Positions 48,991-57,262 of a stretch of DNA of 64,000 nucleotides are shown in pieces. Within the stretch, counting starts at the first letter, position 1; the number at the start of each line of letters is the position of its first letter. A model generated the notes under the pieces. It ran no database searches and was not told where the DNA came from. It was given only the letters and a program-made list of their open reading frames with translations. The position numbers were made by a program, and so were the translations under genes. The stretch comes from a virus (Duplodnaviria; Caudoviricetes): positions 9,313 to 73,312 of the IMG/VR virus record IMGVR_UViG_3300012344_000002; one strand, written 5' to 3'.

Positions 48991-49482
48991 CTAAGCTGCT
49001 GGAGTAGTAGGCGCTGTCCATGAATTATATCTGTTCATATACTCAGGGCAGATAGCTTCTTTAGCTACAATAGTCTTAGTAATACCACCTAAAGTATTAT
49101 TAATACCAGCAATAGCAGAATTGGTAGCTTGAGCTAGAGCAGATATCTGACCCTCAATATTACCAAACCTACGTTCATTAACTAGAGCATAATCATTCAG
49201 TCTATCACTGACTTTTCCTATCTCAGAATGCAAGGCAATATATGTCTTAGCAATCTCATCGTTAGTATATTTCTCAGCTTTTAACTGACCTATTTCTGCA
49301 TCCTTTTCAGCAAGCGTTGCAACAGCAGCATTACCAGCCATAGAAGCCATAGTAGCGTTATTATTACCAAATAAACCTCCTAGACCACCTAGTCCACCAG
49401 AACCAAGGAAGCCAAGAGAACCAAGAACTAAAGCAGGAATACCAACACCGTTGGCTAAGCCTTTACTAGCATAATCACCCAT
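48991..49482 (-). CDS. Gly-rich hydrophobic N-terminus plus coiled-coil protein (163 aa), first gene of the cassette
   Basis: MGDYASKGLANGVGIPALVLGSLGFLGSGGLGGLGGLFG; GAGG RBS. Confidence 0.75.
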   Translation of the reverse strand: MGDYASKGLANGVGIPALVLGSLGFLGSGGLGGLGGLFGNNNATMASMAGNAAVATLAEKDAEIGQLKAEKYTNDEIAKTYIALHSEIGKVSDRLNDYALVNERRFGNIEGQISALAQATNSAIAGINNTLGGITKTIVAKEAICPEYMNRYNSWTAPTTPAA

Positions 49483-49560
49483 AATAAAACCCTCTATTTA
49501 CATAGGCAGAATTACCTACATAAATAAAAGTATGTATTATTAATTAATAAGGCTAATATT

Positions 49561-49989
49561 TTATAGCTCTAATTGCTGAGTTAAATTCTTAACTATATTA
49601 AGCAAGGCTTTAAGGTCAGAACGTTCTACTAAGATTGGTTCTCTTAGTACAACTGAACTTTCTGTTGTGGTAGTTAGCTTACTTTTGATTTGAGTATCTA
49701 ACCAATAGAAAAAACTTTGTAAATATAAATTATTTTTAATACATGAAAGGCTATCTACTTTAAACCATAAGATATTCTGGTATCCTTTAATAGTCTGTAT
49801 CTTATGTTTACATACGCTCTCTTTAGGTAACATTTTAGCTACATAACTAGGATTAGTAATGTGTAAGATATTACATATATCTTTACCTGCTACCCAAAGA
49901 GTGCCATTTACGGAATGTATATGAAATCTTACTAAATAGTTTTCATATAAAAAAGATATAAATTTAGCAGGAGTATTGCTATCAAGCAT
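49561..49989 (-). CDS. BRO-N domain DNA-binding protein
   Basis: LWVAGKDICNILHITNPS...GYQNILWF...FFYWL; GGAGG RBS. Confidence 0.75.
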   Translation of the reverse strand: MLDSNTPAKFISFLYENYLVRFHIHSVNGTLWVAGKDICNILHITNPSYVAKMLPKESVCKHKIQTIKGYQNILWFKVDSLSCIKNNLYLQSFFYWLDTQIKSKLTTTTESSVVLREPILVERSDLKALLNIVKNLTQQLEL

Positions 49990-50014
49990 ATAAACCTCCT
50001 TTAAGGATTATTTA

Positions 50015-50209
50015 ATGACTTTTAATCAACCATACTATACTCGTGAAGATATTATTAACATATTAAATATGCTACAAGAGCATGGTAGACAGTCTATCAC
50101 AGATAACTCACAATTTGATGATTCTTTATTAACATCTTTCCTTAATACAATAGAAAATATAAAGGAAGACTTTATTTGTGCTATTCCGGGTAAAGAGGTA
50201 TACCTATGA
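50015..50209 (+). CDS. Hypothetical protein (64 aa)
   Basis: AAGGA RBS; first gene of a coupled plus-strand run. Confidence 0.6.
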   Translation: MTFNQPYYTREDIINILNMLQEHGRQSITDNSQFDDSLLTSFLNTIENIKEDFICAIPGKEVYL

Positions 50210-50409
50210 ACCAAAATAAAGCATTATGGTGTTTATTTTTAGCTTGTGTTACAACAATCTTTATATGCTTTTTAGTAGCTTTTGTTATAGCTATTTGTGA
50301 GTATCATTCTAAACAAAATAGATGCTCTTTTGAGCATACTGATTATTGTAAATCATTAAGTTTTAGACCATATTTAAAGCATGAGGCTTTTAACTATGAC
50401 CTTAAGTAA
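50206..50409 (+). CDS. Small membrane protein (67 aa)
   Basis: GAGG RBS, ATGA overlap, one Cys-rich TM helix. Confidence 0.6.
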   Translation: MNQNKALWCLFLACVTTIFICFLVAFVIAICEYHSKQNRCSFEHTDYCKSLSFRPYLKHEAFNYDLK

Positions 50410-50590
50410 TTTAATTCCTGTATTAGATAAAGACCAGTATATTTTTATTTGGTTCTCAGATGATATTATTGGGCGTGGTTCTACCAGTACTTTATTAAGA
50501 CGTAGAGAAATTAACGCTATATTAAATTATACTGTAACTAAAGTATATGCTAGTAATAATGAATTACATATACATACTGATTTTAAATAG
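50381..50590 (+). CDS. Hypothetical protein (true start probably 50396)
   Basis: GAGG RBS precedes the ATG at 50396. Confidence 0.55.
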   Translation: MRLLTMTLSNLIPVLDKDQYIFIWFSDDIIGRGSTSTLLRRREINAILNYTVTKVYASNNELHIHTDFK

Positions 50591-50620
50591 TCAGGAATAG
50601 TAAATATATTAGGAGGAATA

Positions 50621-50887
50621 ATGGATAATATTATTAGTGTATTTATTGGAGGGGTTTTAGGATTTATATTTGCATTAATAATGTTAGCTAATGCCTTTAC
50701 AGCTAATGATGATATTGCACTAAAGCTATCAAATATGATGAACTCTTCAATGCTAGATTGTGTAACTAAACAGGTTATCACAAAAGAACAGGTACATGAC
50801 ATTGAAACTATCTTTCATAAGCATATTGAAGAAAACTTTAAAAATATTAAAGCATCTCATGGTATTGAAAACAAATATAAAAATTAA
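50621..50887 (+). CDS. Small membrane-anchored protein (88 aa)
   Basis: AGGAGG RBS; N-terminal TM IISVFIGGVLGFIFALIML. Confidence 0.65.
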   Translation: MDNIISVFIGGVLGFIFALIMLANAFTANDDIALKLSNMMNSSMLDCVTKQVITKEQVHDIETIFHKHIEENFKNIKASHGIENKYKN

Positions 50888-50951
50888 CAAAACTATTTAA
50901 TATAAATCATCAGGAACCCACTAAATCTCATCATACAGAGACATTACTAAT

Positions 50952-50981
50952 AAGCTAAGGTAATTTATCACCTTAGCTTTT
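50952..50981 (+). terminator. Intrinsic terminator
   Basis: AAGCTAAGGT-AATTTATC-ACCTTAGCTT plus TT. Confidence 0.7.
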
Positions 50982-51007
50982 AATTTTAATCTATGAGCGT
51001 TTTTAAT

Positions 51008-51568
51008 ATGAAAATAGGCATTACTACAACTAAGTTATGGGATGACAATATTCATCTTGTATTTAAGCGTCTATATAACTTACATAACTATATTAACTTC
51101 TCATTTATAGAAGGAGTTAATAGACCTAATTGTGAAGCTATAGCTAAACAATTTAAGATGTATTGTATTGGTTCTTTATTTTATAAAGACCATGACTTTA
51201 AAAATCAATTAATAGAAGCATGTGAACTAGCTGATAAATGTAATGTTAAGTATCTTATGCTTGGTTCAGGTAGATACAGGCCAGCAATAGAACAAGAGAC
51301 TTCTTATACAGAGTTATTTTCTATAGCTTATAAATATAATAAAACTTTATTATTTGAACCAATAGCTAATACAGGTATTAACTGTGTTGCTGATATTAAT
51401 AAATACAATCCTACAGAAGTTCATATATGCTTACCTTGCTTAGAAGCTATAGGAGAGTCTCCTGAATTTATTTTAGGAAATGTAGTTAATTGTCATGTAA
51501 CGCCTGATTTATTGGTAAAATACATGTCTTACTTAAATAAACTAGAGAAGGTAACAATAGAATTATGA
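51008..51568 (+). CDS. Sugar-phosphate isomerase/epimerase-like TIM-barrel protein (shortened)
   Basis: MKIGI start, LMLGSGRYR (cf. LVFGSPxxR), LLFEP, CHVT metal-ligand positions. Confidence 0.6.
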   Translation: MKIGITTTKLWDDNIHLVFKRLYNLHNYINFSFIEGVNRPNCEAIAKQFKMYCIGSLFYKDHDFKNQLIEACELADKCNVKYLMLGSGRYRPAIEQETSYTELFSIAYKYNKTLLFEPIANTGINCVADINKYNPTEVHICLPCLEAIGESPEFILGNVVNCHVTPDLLVKYMSYLNKLEKVTIEL

Positions 51569-52539
51569 TTAGAGTTGGTATTATAGGTGGTGGTTTTTAT
51601 GGCTTATTTATAGCCAGTTATTTAACCCGTAAAGGCTATTATGTAAGGGTATTAGATACTAATCAACCTAAAGCATCTCAAGCCTGTCAGGCTAGACTGC
51701 ATAATGGTATGTTCTATTCTAGGTCATTATCAGATTTAAAATGCTGTATTAATAATGGAGCTACTTTTTATAAATGGTATAGAGATTTTATTATTAAGGA
51801 TTTTAATAGCTACTACTTAGTAGATAAAAACTCTAATGTATCCTTTGACTCATTTAAAAAATTAGCCAAAGAAAACAAACTTAGAGTTAAACCATGTAAA
51901 TTAGACTATGTAAATACAACTAATGTACAAGGTATCTTTAAAGCTAAAGAATACTCTATAGATATTCAAGGCTTACTAGACCATTTACTTAATACATTAA
52001 ATGAAGCTCCTGAATGTGCTCATGCCTATAAGTTAAAGAACCTATCTACAGGTATAGATGTATGTTCAGACCATGGTACATATCATTTTGATAAAGTTAT
52101 TGTTTGTGCTTATGGTGGCATTAATCCTATATTAAATAGTAGTGGGTATGAACCAATAGAAATGAAAGAAGTTAAACAACATATCTATTACTTTGAGGAT
52201 AACTTACCTAATGATGTACATGCAGTAGTAGATGGTTCTTATTGGAATACTATGATACATAGAGAACCAGAGAAAGATATAACTAAATCACTTATAGCTA
52301 CTAATGTTTATTATGATAATTCAGTTATAGAGATAGAATGGGATAGAGTATTACAGTTGGTTCATCATTACATACCTGAAGTAAATATGTATTATAGAGA
52401 TAGAAAGGAATTTACTAAATTCTTATCTACTAATACTAGACAAGCTTTATTTACTCAAGTAGATAAGAATATCTATACTGTATTTGCAGGTAAGCTACCT
52501 AATGTATTTAGTATATTAAAGGACTTAGATAGTATTTAA
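51565..52539 (+). CDS. FAD-dependent oxidoreductase (DAO-like)
   Basis: IIGGGFYG Rossmann motif, AS-x3-QARLHNG-x2-YSRS, VIVCAYGGIN, VFAGK. Confidence 0.85.
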   Translation: MIRVGIIGGGFYGLFIASYLTRKGYYVRVLDTNQPKASQACQARLHNGMFYSRSLSDLKCCINNGATFYKWYRDFIIKDFNSYYLVDKNSNVSFDSFKKLAKENKLRVKPCKLDYVNTTNVQGIFKAKEYSIDIQGLLDHLLNTLNEAPECAHAYKLKNLSTGIDVCSDHGTYHFDKVIVCAYGGINPILNSSGYEPIEMKEVKQHIYYFEDNLPNDVHAVVDGSYWNTMIHREPEKDITKSLIATNVYYDNSVIEIEWDRVLQLVHHYIPEVNMYYRDRKEFTKFLSTNTRQALFTQVDKNIYTVFAGKLPNVFSILKDLDSI

Positions 52540-52562
52540 AAAGGCTCCGAAGAGCCTTTTTA
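52539..52562. terminator. Bidirectional terminator (cUUCGg loop on the minus-strand transcript)
   Basis: AAAAGGCTC-CGAA-GAGCCTTTT between convergent genes. Confidence 0.85.
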
Positions 52563-52564
52563 AG

Positions 52565-52801
52565 TTACTTAATTCTAGCTGCCTCTCTAGCCTCATCTGT
52601 AGTAGTAATATACTTAGGAGGCTTTTCTGTAGATGGCTTATCATTAGGTCGAGCATGGTCTCTAGCAATACGAGCATACTCTCTAGCTTCATCTGTAGTA
52701 GTAGGTTGCTTATTAGGGATTGGGTCTGCTTTATGTTCTACTTTATTATGAGAAGCTAGCTCTCTAGCTTCATCAGTAGATGTAGGATTACCATTAATCA
52801 T
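52565..52801 (-). CDS. Small protein with three T(T/S)TDEARE repeats (78 aa)
   Basis: GAGGT RBS favours the ATG at 52801; own terminator; repeats are in frame. Confidence 0.7.
   Translation of the reverse strand: MINGNPTSTDEARELASHNKVEHKADPIPNKQPTTTDEAREYARIARDHARPNDKPSTEKPPKYITTTDEAREAARIK
52583..52786. repeat. Three 27-bp direct repeats (52583-609, 52679-705, 52760-786)
   Basis: Consensus CTCTCTAGCTTCATCTGTAGTAGTAGG; neighbouring copies share 24/27 nt; periods 96 and 81 nt. Confidence 0.85.
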
Positions 52802-52826
52802 AGGATACCTCAATAAATAAGTTAAT

Positions 52827-52852
52827 TGAATATTGGTTTTAAACCAAATTCA
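52827..52852. promoter_or_regulatory. Operator-like inverted repeat in the divergent intergenic region
   Basis: TGAAT-A-TTGGTTT-T-AAACCAA-ATTCA. Confidence 0.45.
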
Positions 52853-52885
52853 TTGTATATCAAATCTATTTTATAAGGAATAAAT

Positions 52886-53662
52886 ATGAATGAAGGATTA
52901 AATGTCTTAATAGGACATACTGGATTTATTGGTTCAAGTTTGACCCAAGGAATATATGATTTAAAGATTAATTCTAAAGTTATATTAGCTTATGGTACAC
53001 CTGCTAATATTATTACTATTGCTGCTCCTTCAGGCGTTAAGTATTTAGCTAATAAAGACCCAGATAAAGATGCTATGTCTTGTATGTCTTTATTAACTAC
53101 TGTAAAGAATTTTGTAGGAACCAAGAAAATATTTCTTATCTCTACTATAGATGCTTTATGCAGTACCAATGAACCATATGGTAAGAATAGGGCATTGTTG
53201 GTTCAATCTTTAAAAGAATATTGTAATGAAAAAAATATAGAATTATTTGTATTCTACCTAGGTATGACTTATGGTAGAAATGCTCGTAAGGGTATGATTT
53301 ATGACTTCCAACACAATGATGCTAGATACTATACTACTGGTTCATACCAACTCTACAATGTAAATTGGTTAGAAGATGATATGATGCTATGTGCTGATAA
53401 AGGTATACATGAAGCTGTATTAGCTTCTGAACCAATACAAGTAAAGGAAATAGCTAAAGTTATGAATGTATCTTTAGAAGGAGCACCTAAAGCAGGTGGA
53501 GCTAGATATAAAGTAAAAGCCCTAGGCTTACCTTTAATTAAAAAGGAAAAAGTATTAGAGTCTTTATCTGAAGATACTGTAAGACCTGCAGTATACGACT
53601 GGGATACTGAAATAAAGCGCTTAGTAGAAGAACATGCATTTAGTAAAGACCTTAGGAAATAA
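52886..53662 (+). CDS. NAD-dependent epimerase/dehydratase (extended SDR-like)
   Basis: LIGHTGFIGSSL, K-x2-AN-x2-P-x2-D, LISTID, PYGKNR. Confidence 0.8.
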   Translation: MNEGLNVLIGHTGFIGSSLTQGIYDLKINSKVILAYGTPANIITIAAPSGVKYLANKDPDKDAMSCMSLLTTVKNFVGTKKIFLISTIDALCSTNEPYGKNRALLVQSLKEYCNEKNIELFVFYLGMTYGRNARKGMIYDFQHNDARYYTTGSYQLYNVNWLEDDMMLCADKGIHEAVLASEPIQVKEIAKVMNVSLEGAPKAGGARYKVKALGLPLIKKEKVLESLSEDTVRPAVYDWDTEIKRLVEEHAFSKDLRK

Positions 53663-53666
53663 TTAA

Positions 53667-54482
53667 ATGGATAAAATCAATTTAGAATATTATAAAAGAG
53701 GCAAGATTAAAATAGATGTCATTTTAACTAATAGATGTAATCTTCAATGTTCTGCTTGTATGTTTGGTACTAATACTAATAAGATTCCTAAGTCAGAATA
53801 TGATTTTAATCAATTTAAAGAAGATTTAACCTATTTAGCTCAATGGAAAGAAGCCATACAAGTATTAGTATTCTTAGGTGGAGAACCTACTGTAAATCCT
53901 AACTGGCTCTCTTATATTGTATTTGCTAAAAAACTATTACCTGATACTGAACTTTGGATAATTACTAATGGTTTAGTATTAAATAAACAAAAAGAATATT
54001 TAAAGTTTATAAAGGCTTTAAATGTTAGAGTACTTTTATCAGAATACCCCGAAAATAGAAAAGATATTCAAGAGTTAAATCATAAGCTAGATTTATATCA
54101 TATAGACTGGTGTTACTTACAAGCAGAACATACTCCACAATTTAAAGCTATGTTTACAGCTCCTATTACTACTCTAAAACCTATTAACAAAGATGTAGCA
54201 AAGACACATATAGAATGTGGATATGGCTGTCTGTATATAAATAATGGATACTTTGGTGCTTGTGGTATTCAGTATAGTATTCCTATGAGAAATCAACTAT
54301 TTGGTACTAATTATAAAATAGACTTACTACCTATAAAGAGTATTAAGTCTAAGGAAGAATTGGTAGAGTTACCTATGTCATGGCATCCAGATATATGTAA
54401 GTATTGCCAACCGGGAACCAAACAATATAAATGGATACCACATACAATTAAGCATATTAGGAAGGAAGATTATATCTTATAG
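53667..54482 (+). CDS. Radical SAM enzyme with Cys-containing twitch/SPASM-like C-terminus
   Basis: TNRCNLQCSAC, LGGEP, ITNG, ECGYGC-x10-C, ICKYC. Confidence 0.9.
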   Translation: MDKINLEYYKRGKIKIDVILTNRCNLQCSACMFGTNTNKIPKSEYDFNQFKEDLTYLAQWKEAIQVLVFLGGEPTVNPNWLSYIVFAKKLLPDTELWIITNGLVLNKQKEYLKFIKALNVRVLLSEYPENRKDIQELNHKLDLYHIDWCYLQAEHTPQFKAMFTAPITTLKPINKDVAKTHIECGYGCLYINNGYFGACGIQYSIPMRNQLFGTNYKIDLLPIKSIKSKEELVELPMSWHPDICKYCQPGTKQYKWIPHTIKHIRKEDYIL

Positions 54483-55450
54483 AGGTTTTCTAAAATCTTT
54501 ATAGCATTTGCTTTATTTTTAAATATAAACTTAATAAAGGTTAAATTGTATTTAATATTATCAATTACTTTATCTGGCAGTAGATGCTTATTCTGTAAAG
54601 CATATTTAGCAAATATAGGGTAGTACTTTAATTTAACTATCTGCCAAGGATTAATATCATTAATGTTAAATCTTTCAAACATTAAATGAATATCGGGGGA
54701 AAAATGTATTAAATAAGGGTCACGCTTAATTCTGTACTCTTTCTTCCATAAGAGATGTACTACTAGTTGAGCGTCATCTAAAATACATTTTTCCTCTTCA
54801 GGTATTAAATAACAAAAGAATGATTGGTCTTGTACGTTAAATAACTCTTCACAATCTTTAGACATTTCTTTAAAAGTATTCCAGATATTATTAGGTAACT
54901 TTCTTAAATTTAAAAATCCCATACCTAAATTAAAATAAGACTCATACTTAAAAGTTTTATCTGTTTTTAAATACCTGCCTTTATTATTCATTTTATAGCT
55001 GGTAACAATATCATATGGTTCTCTAGCTCCTCCATAAGTTTTATTACTTTGTATAAAAGCTTTAACTAATTCTGATGGGTCTCTTCTAAATACCGAATCA
55101 AAATCCACTGTTACTAATATGTCATACTTACCTTGGTTCTTTAAATCCTCTATATGTTTAATTCTATCTATAAAGAAACATGCAGATTTATAAGGTGCCC
55201 AACCTAAAGTAATATATTTATTAACATCTACTTCTTTATAAGCCTGAGGCATTAAAGAATATATAAAATGAAGATTCTCATCTTCTAGAGGAGATAATAG
55301 TTTTTTAAAATATTCTATAGATTCATTAGAATCAGTCTGTATTTCCCACTCTACTGAATCAGTGTTTAAATCTTTAAAAGATGATAGACAGTTATAAGCA
55401 AACCATCCATACATCTCACCTACAGCAATACTAGAATATAATACTTTCAT
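54470..55450 (-). CDS. GT-A fold glycosyltransferase, GT8-like
   Basis: VTVDFDSV (DxD), YFNLGMGFLNL, QDQSFF, LIHF. Confidence 0.75.
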   Translation of the reverse strand: MKVLYSSIAVGEMYGWFAYNCLSSFKDLNTDSVEWEIQTDSNESIEYFKKLLSPLEDENLHFIYSLMPQAYKEVDVNKYITLGWAPYKSACFFIDRIKHIEDLKNQGKYDILVTVDFDSVFRRDPSELVKAFIQSNKTYGGAREPYDIVTSYKMNNKGRYLKTDKTFKYESYFNLGMGFLNLRKLPNNIWNTFKEMSKDCEELFNVQDQSFFCYLIPEEEKCILDDAQLVVHLLWKKEYRIKRDPYLIHFSPDIHLMFERFNINDINPWQIVKLKYYPIFAKYALQNKHLLPDKVIDNIKYNLTFIKFIFKNKANAIKILENLYKI

Positions 55451-56292
55451 TAGATACTCTTAACTTTAATATTAGTAGACCAAGGAACCAAGTCAGCATT
55501 AACACAATGGTCACAGAAAGCATACTTAGTATTTAATACTGCTAATATGTCTTCTATAGATTTAAAGTCAGTTATATTAAATAACTCGCTTCCCTTTACA
55601 ATAGGTATATCCATATGTTTTTTATCTGACCATTGATTGTTCTGTACTTCAAATACATTACTACATGTATACAATTTATCTTCCCATAAAGGTACACAAG
55701 CCATACCTTTAAGAAAAGCTCTGCAATCAGCAGCAGTCCATCCTTTAGGACGTTTCTGCCCATTAAGTACATAGTAATGGTGATGGAACCATGCTTGTGT
55801 ATCTGGTATTTGTTTTACATCTATATCCTGCATAGATGTATGAATAAAATGCCACTTAATTCCTAAGGAAGTTAAGTATCTACCTAACTTATCATAATCA
55901 TAATTAGGTAAGTTATATTTACTAATATCTAATTGATAATCATTAGCTAGAATAGCATCTATAAGCTTATTAGACATCTTAGGAGCCATAAGACCATTAG
56001 TAACTATATCTCTATTAAATAGTGGTAAATGGTCATGTACATAAGTCATTATTTCTATAAGATGAGGATACAGTAAAGGCTCACCACCTAGTAAGCCTAA
56101 TACTACAGCATGGTCTCCTTTGTATCTTTCTTTAAGAAAATGTAAATGACTAAATCCTTTAATTACTTTTTCTGGGTCAGCATCAAAGTTACTATTCTTA
56201 GAAGAACATCCATAACCACAATAATTACATCTTAAGTTACATCTTGTAGTTAATACTGGACTTAATACTAATTGTTTTACTTCACAAGTCAT
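55450..56292 (-). CDS. Radical SAM enzyme with Cys-containing twitch/SPASM-like C-terminus
   Basis: TTRCNLRCNYC, LLGGEPLL, VTNG, DISKY, DC-x8-C-x10-C, FCDHC. Confidence 0.9.
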   Translation of the reverse strand: MTCEVKQLVLSPVLTTRCNLRCNYCGYGCSSKNSNFDADPEKVIKGFSHLHFLKERYKGDHAVVLGLLGGEPLLYPHLIEIMTYVHDHLPLFNRDIVTNGLMAPKMSNKLIDAILANDYQLDISKYNLPNYDYDKLGRYLTSLGIKWHFIHTSMQDIDVKQIPDTQAWFHHHYYVLNGQKRPKGWTAADCRAFLKGMACVPLWEDKLYTCSNVFEVQNNQWSDKKHMDIPIVKGSELFNITDFKSIEDILAVLNTKYAFCDHCVNADLVPWSTNIKVKSI

Positions 56293-57261
56293 TTAATACT
56301 CCGGCTTTAAATCAGATTCCTTAGTCCTTGAACCAAAATACCCCCCCTCAAAAGAAGTAGGTACTTTAGCTAATTCAGCCTCAGATTCACTCTCCATAAC
56401 TTGTTGAGTTTTTTCCCAATATTGAGTAGTTAGATATATTTGATTTTGTAGTAATTCTTTATAAATAGTCTGTAATTCACTTTTAGTTAAATCTACCCAG
56501 AAATTACTATAAGCTCTAAAATGAATTTTCTTTTTACCATCTGTTGTAGCTAGAAGAGACTCTATATTTACTTTAGCTTGTAAATCACCATTAATGTATA
56601 AATTCTGTACACTAGAATTAAAATAAGTATCAGTACAGTTTAAACCTTTAAGACGTAGGTACTCTTGTTTAATTTCATTATACTTAGCGGCTTTCTTATC
56701 TAAGAAAGTATCTTCTTGTATTACATTATCTTGTAAAAAAGCATCCAAATCAGCATATAAGCTATCACTAGCTATCCAGTTAAATGGAGGAAGTTTCTTT
56801 AATAGATTCTCAGTATTAAAATCTAAAATAGAAATCTTACCTAATTTAAAATCTTCTATAAATTGATTAAGAATATTTGTAGCGTTATCACGCCACTTTA
56901 AAAATACATTAGCTTCTTTTTTATATGTCTCATTAGTAGAGAATAAATAAGAAATACAATTATCTGCATTAGCATATGTTTTAGTCTGTGCTTGAGTATC
57001 TACATAGTTATAGAACCAAGAAGTAATATTCTTAATTGCTTGGTTCTGAGAAATGTTAATACTTGGTGCAATATCTGCTTGCTGTACTTCTGTGATACTA
57101 CAACCATGGGCTTTAACATGCTGTAATAAAGCTTTACCAATATCAGTAGTAGTATCAGCAATAAAATTACCAAAGTCTTCCCCTTCAACAATTAAGCCTT
57201 CAAAGAGGATAGCTTGTTTTTCATTAGAACACCATTTAGCAGATAAGTATGAAATATCCAT
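56293..57261 (-). CDS. Tail-fibre assembly chaperone-like fusion (middle LD-x2-A-x3-Y...WRD domain plus DUF4376-like C-terminus)
   Basis: YVDTQAQTKTY-x5-CISY...FLKWRD...LP-x2-W, then F-x-A-x2-N-x4-LT-x2-EL-x2-I-x14-W. Confidence 0.6.
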   Translation of the reverse strand: MDISYLSAKWCSNEKQAILFEGLIVEGEDFGNFIADTTTDIGKALLQHVKAHGCSITEVQQADIAPSINISQNQAIKNITSWFYNYVDTQAQTKTYANADNCISYLFSTNETYKKEANVFLKWRDNATNILNQFIEDFKLGKISILDFNTENLLKKLPPFNWIASDSLYADLDAFLQDNVIQEDTFLDKKAAKYNEIKQEYLRLKGLNCTDTYFNSSVQNLYINGDLQAKVNIESLLATTDGKKKIHFRAYSNFWVDLTKSELQTIYKELLQNQIYLTTQYWEKTQQVMESESEAELAKVPTSFEGGYFGSRTKESDLKPEY

Positions 57262-57262
57262 A

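Noticed and set aside
52539-52560. CCGAAG hairpin as a vRNAP promoter
   Set aside because: The best pairing gives a 4-nt loop (cUUCGg on the minus strand) with A/T tails between convergent genes, so it is a terminator.
52583-52786. 27-bp direct repeats as a mini CRISPR array
   Set aside because: Repeats are non-palindromic, spacers are 54 and 69 nt, both periods are multiples of 3 within an ORF that has an RBS and terminator, and no cas genes are present.
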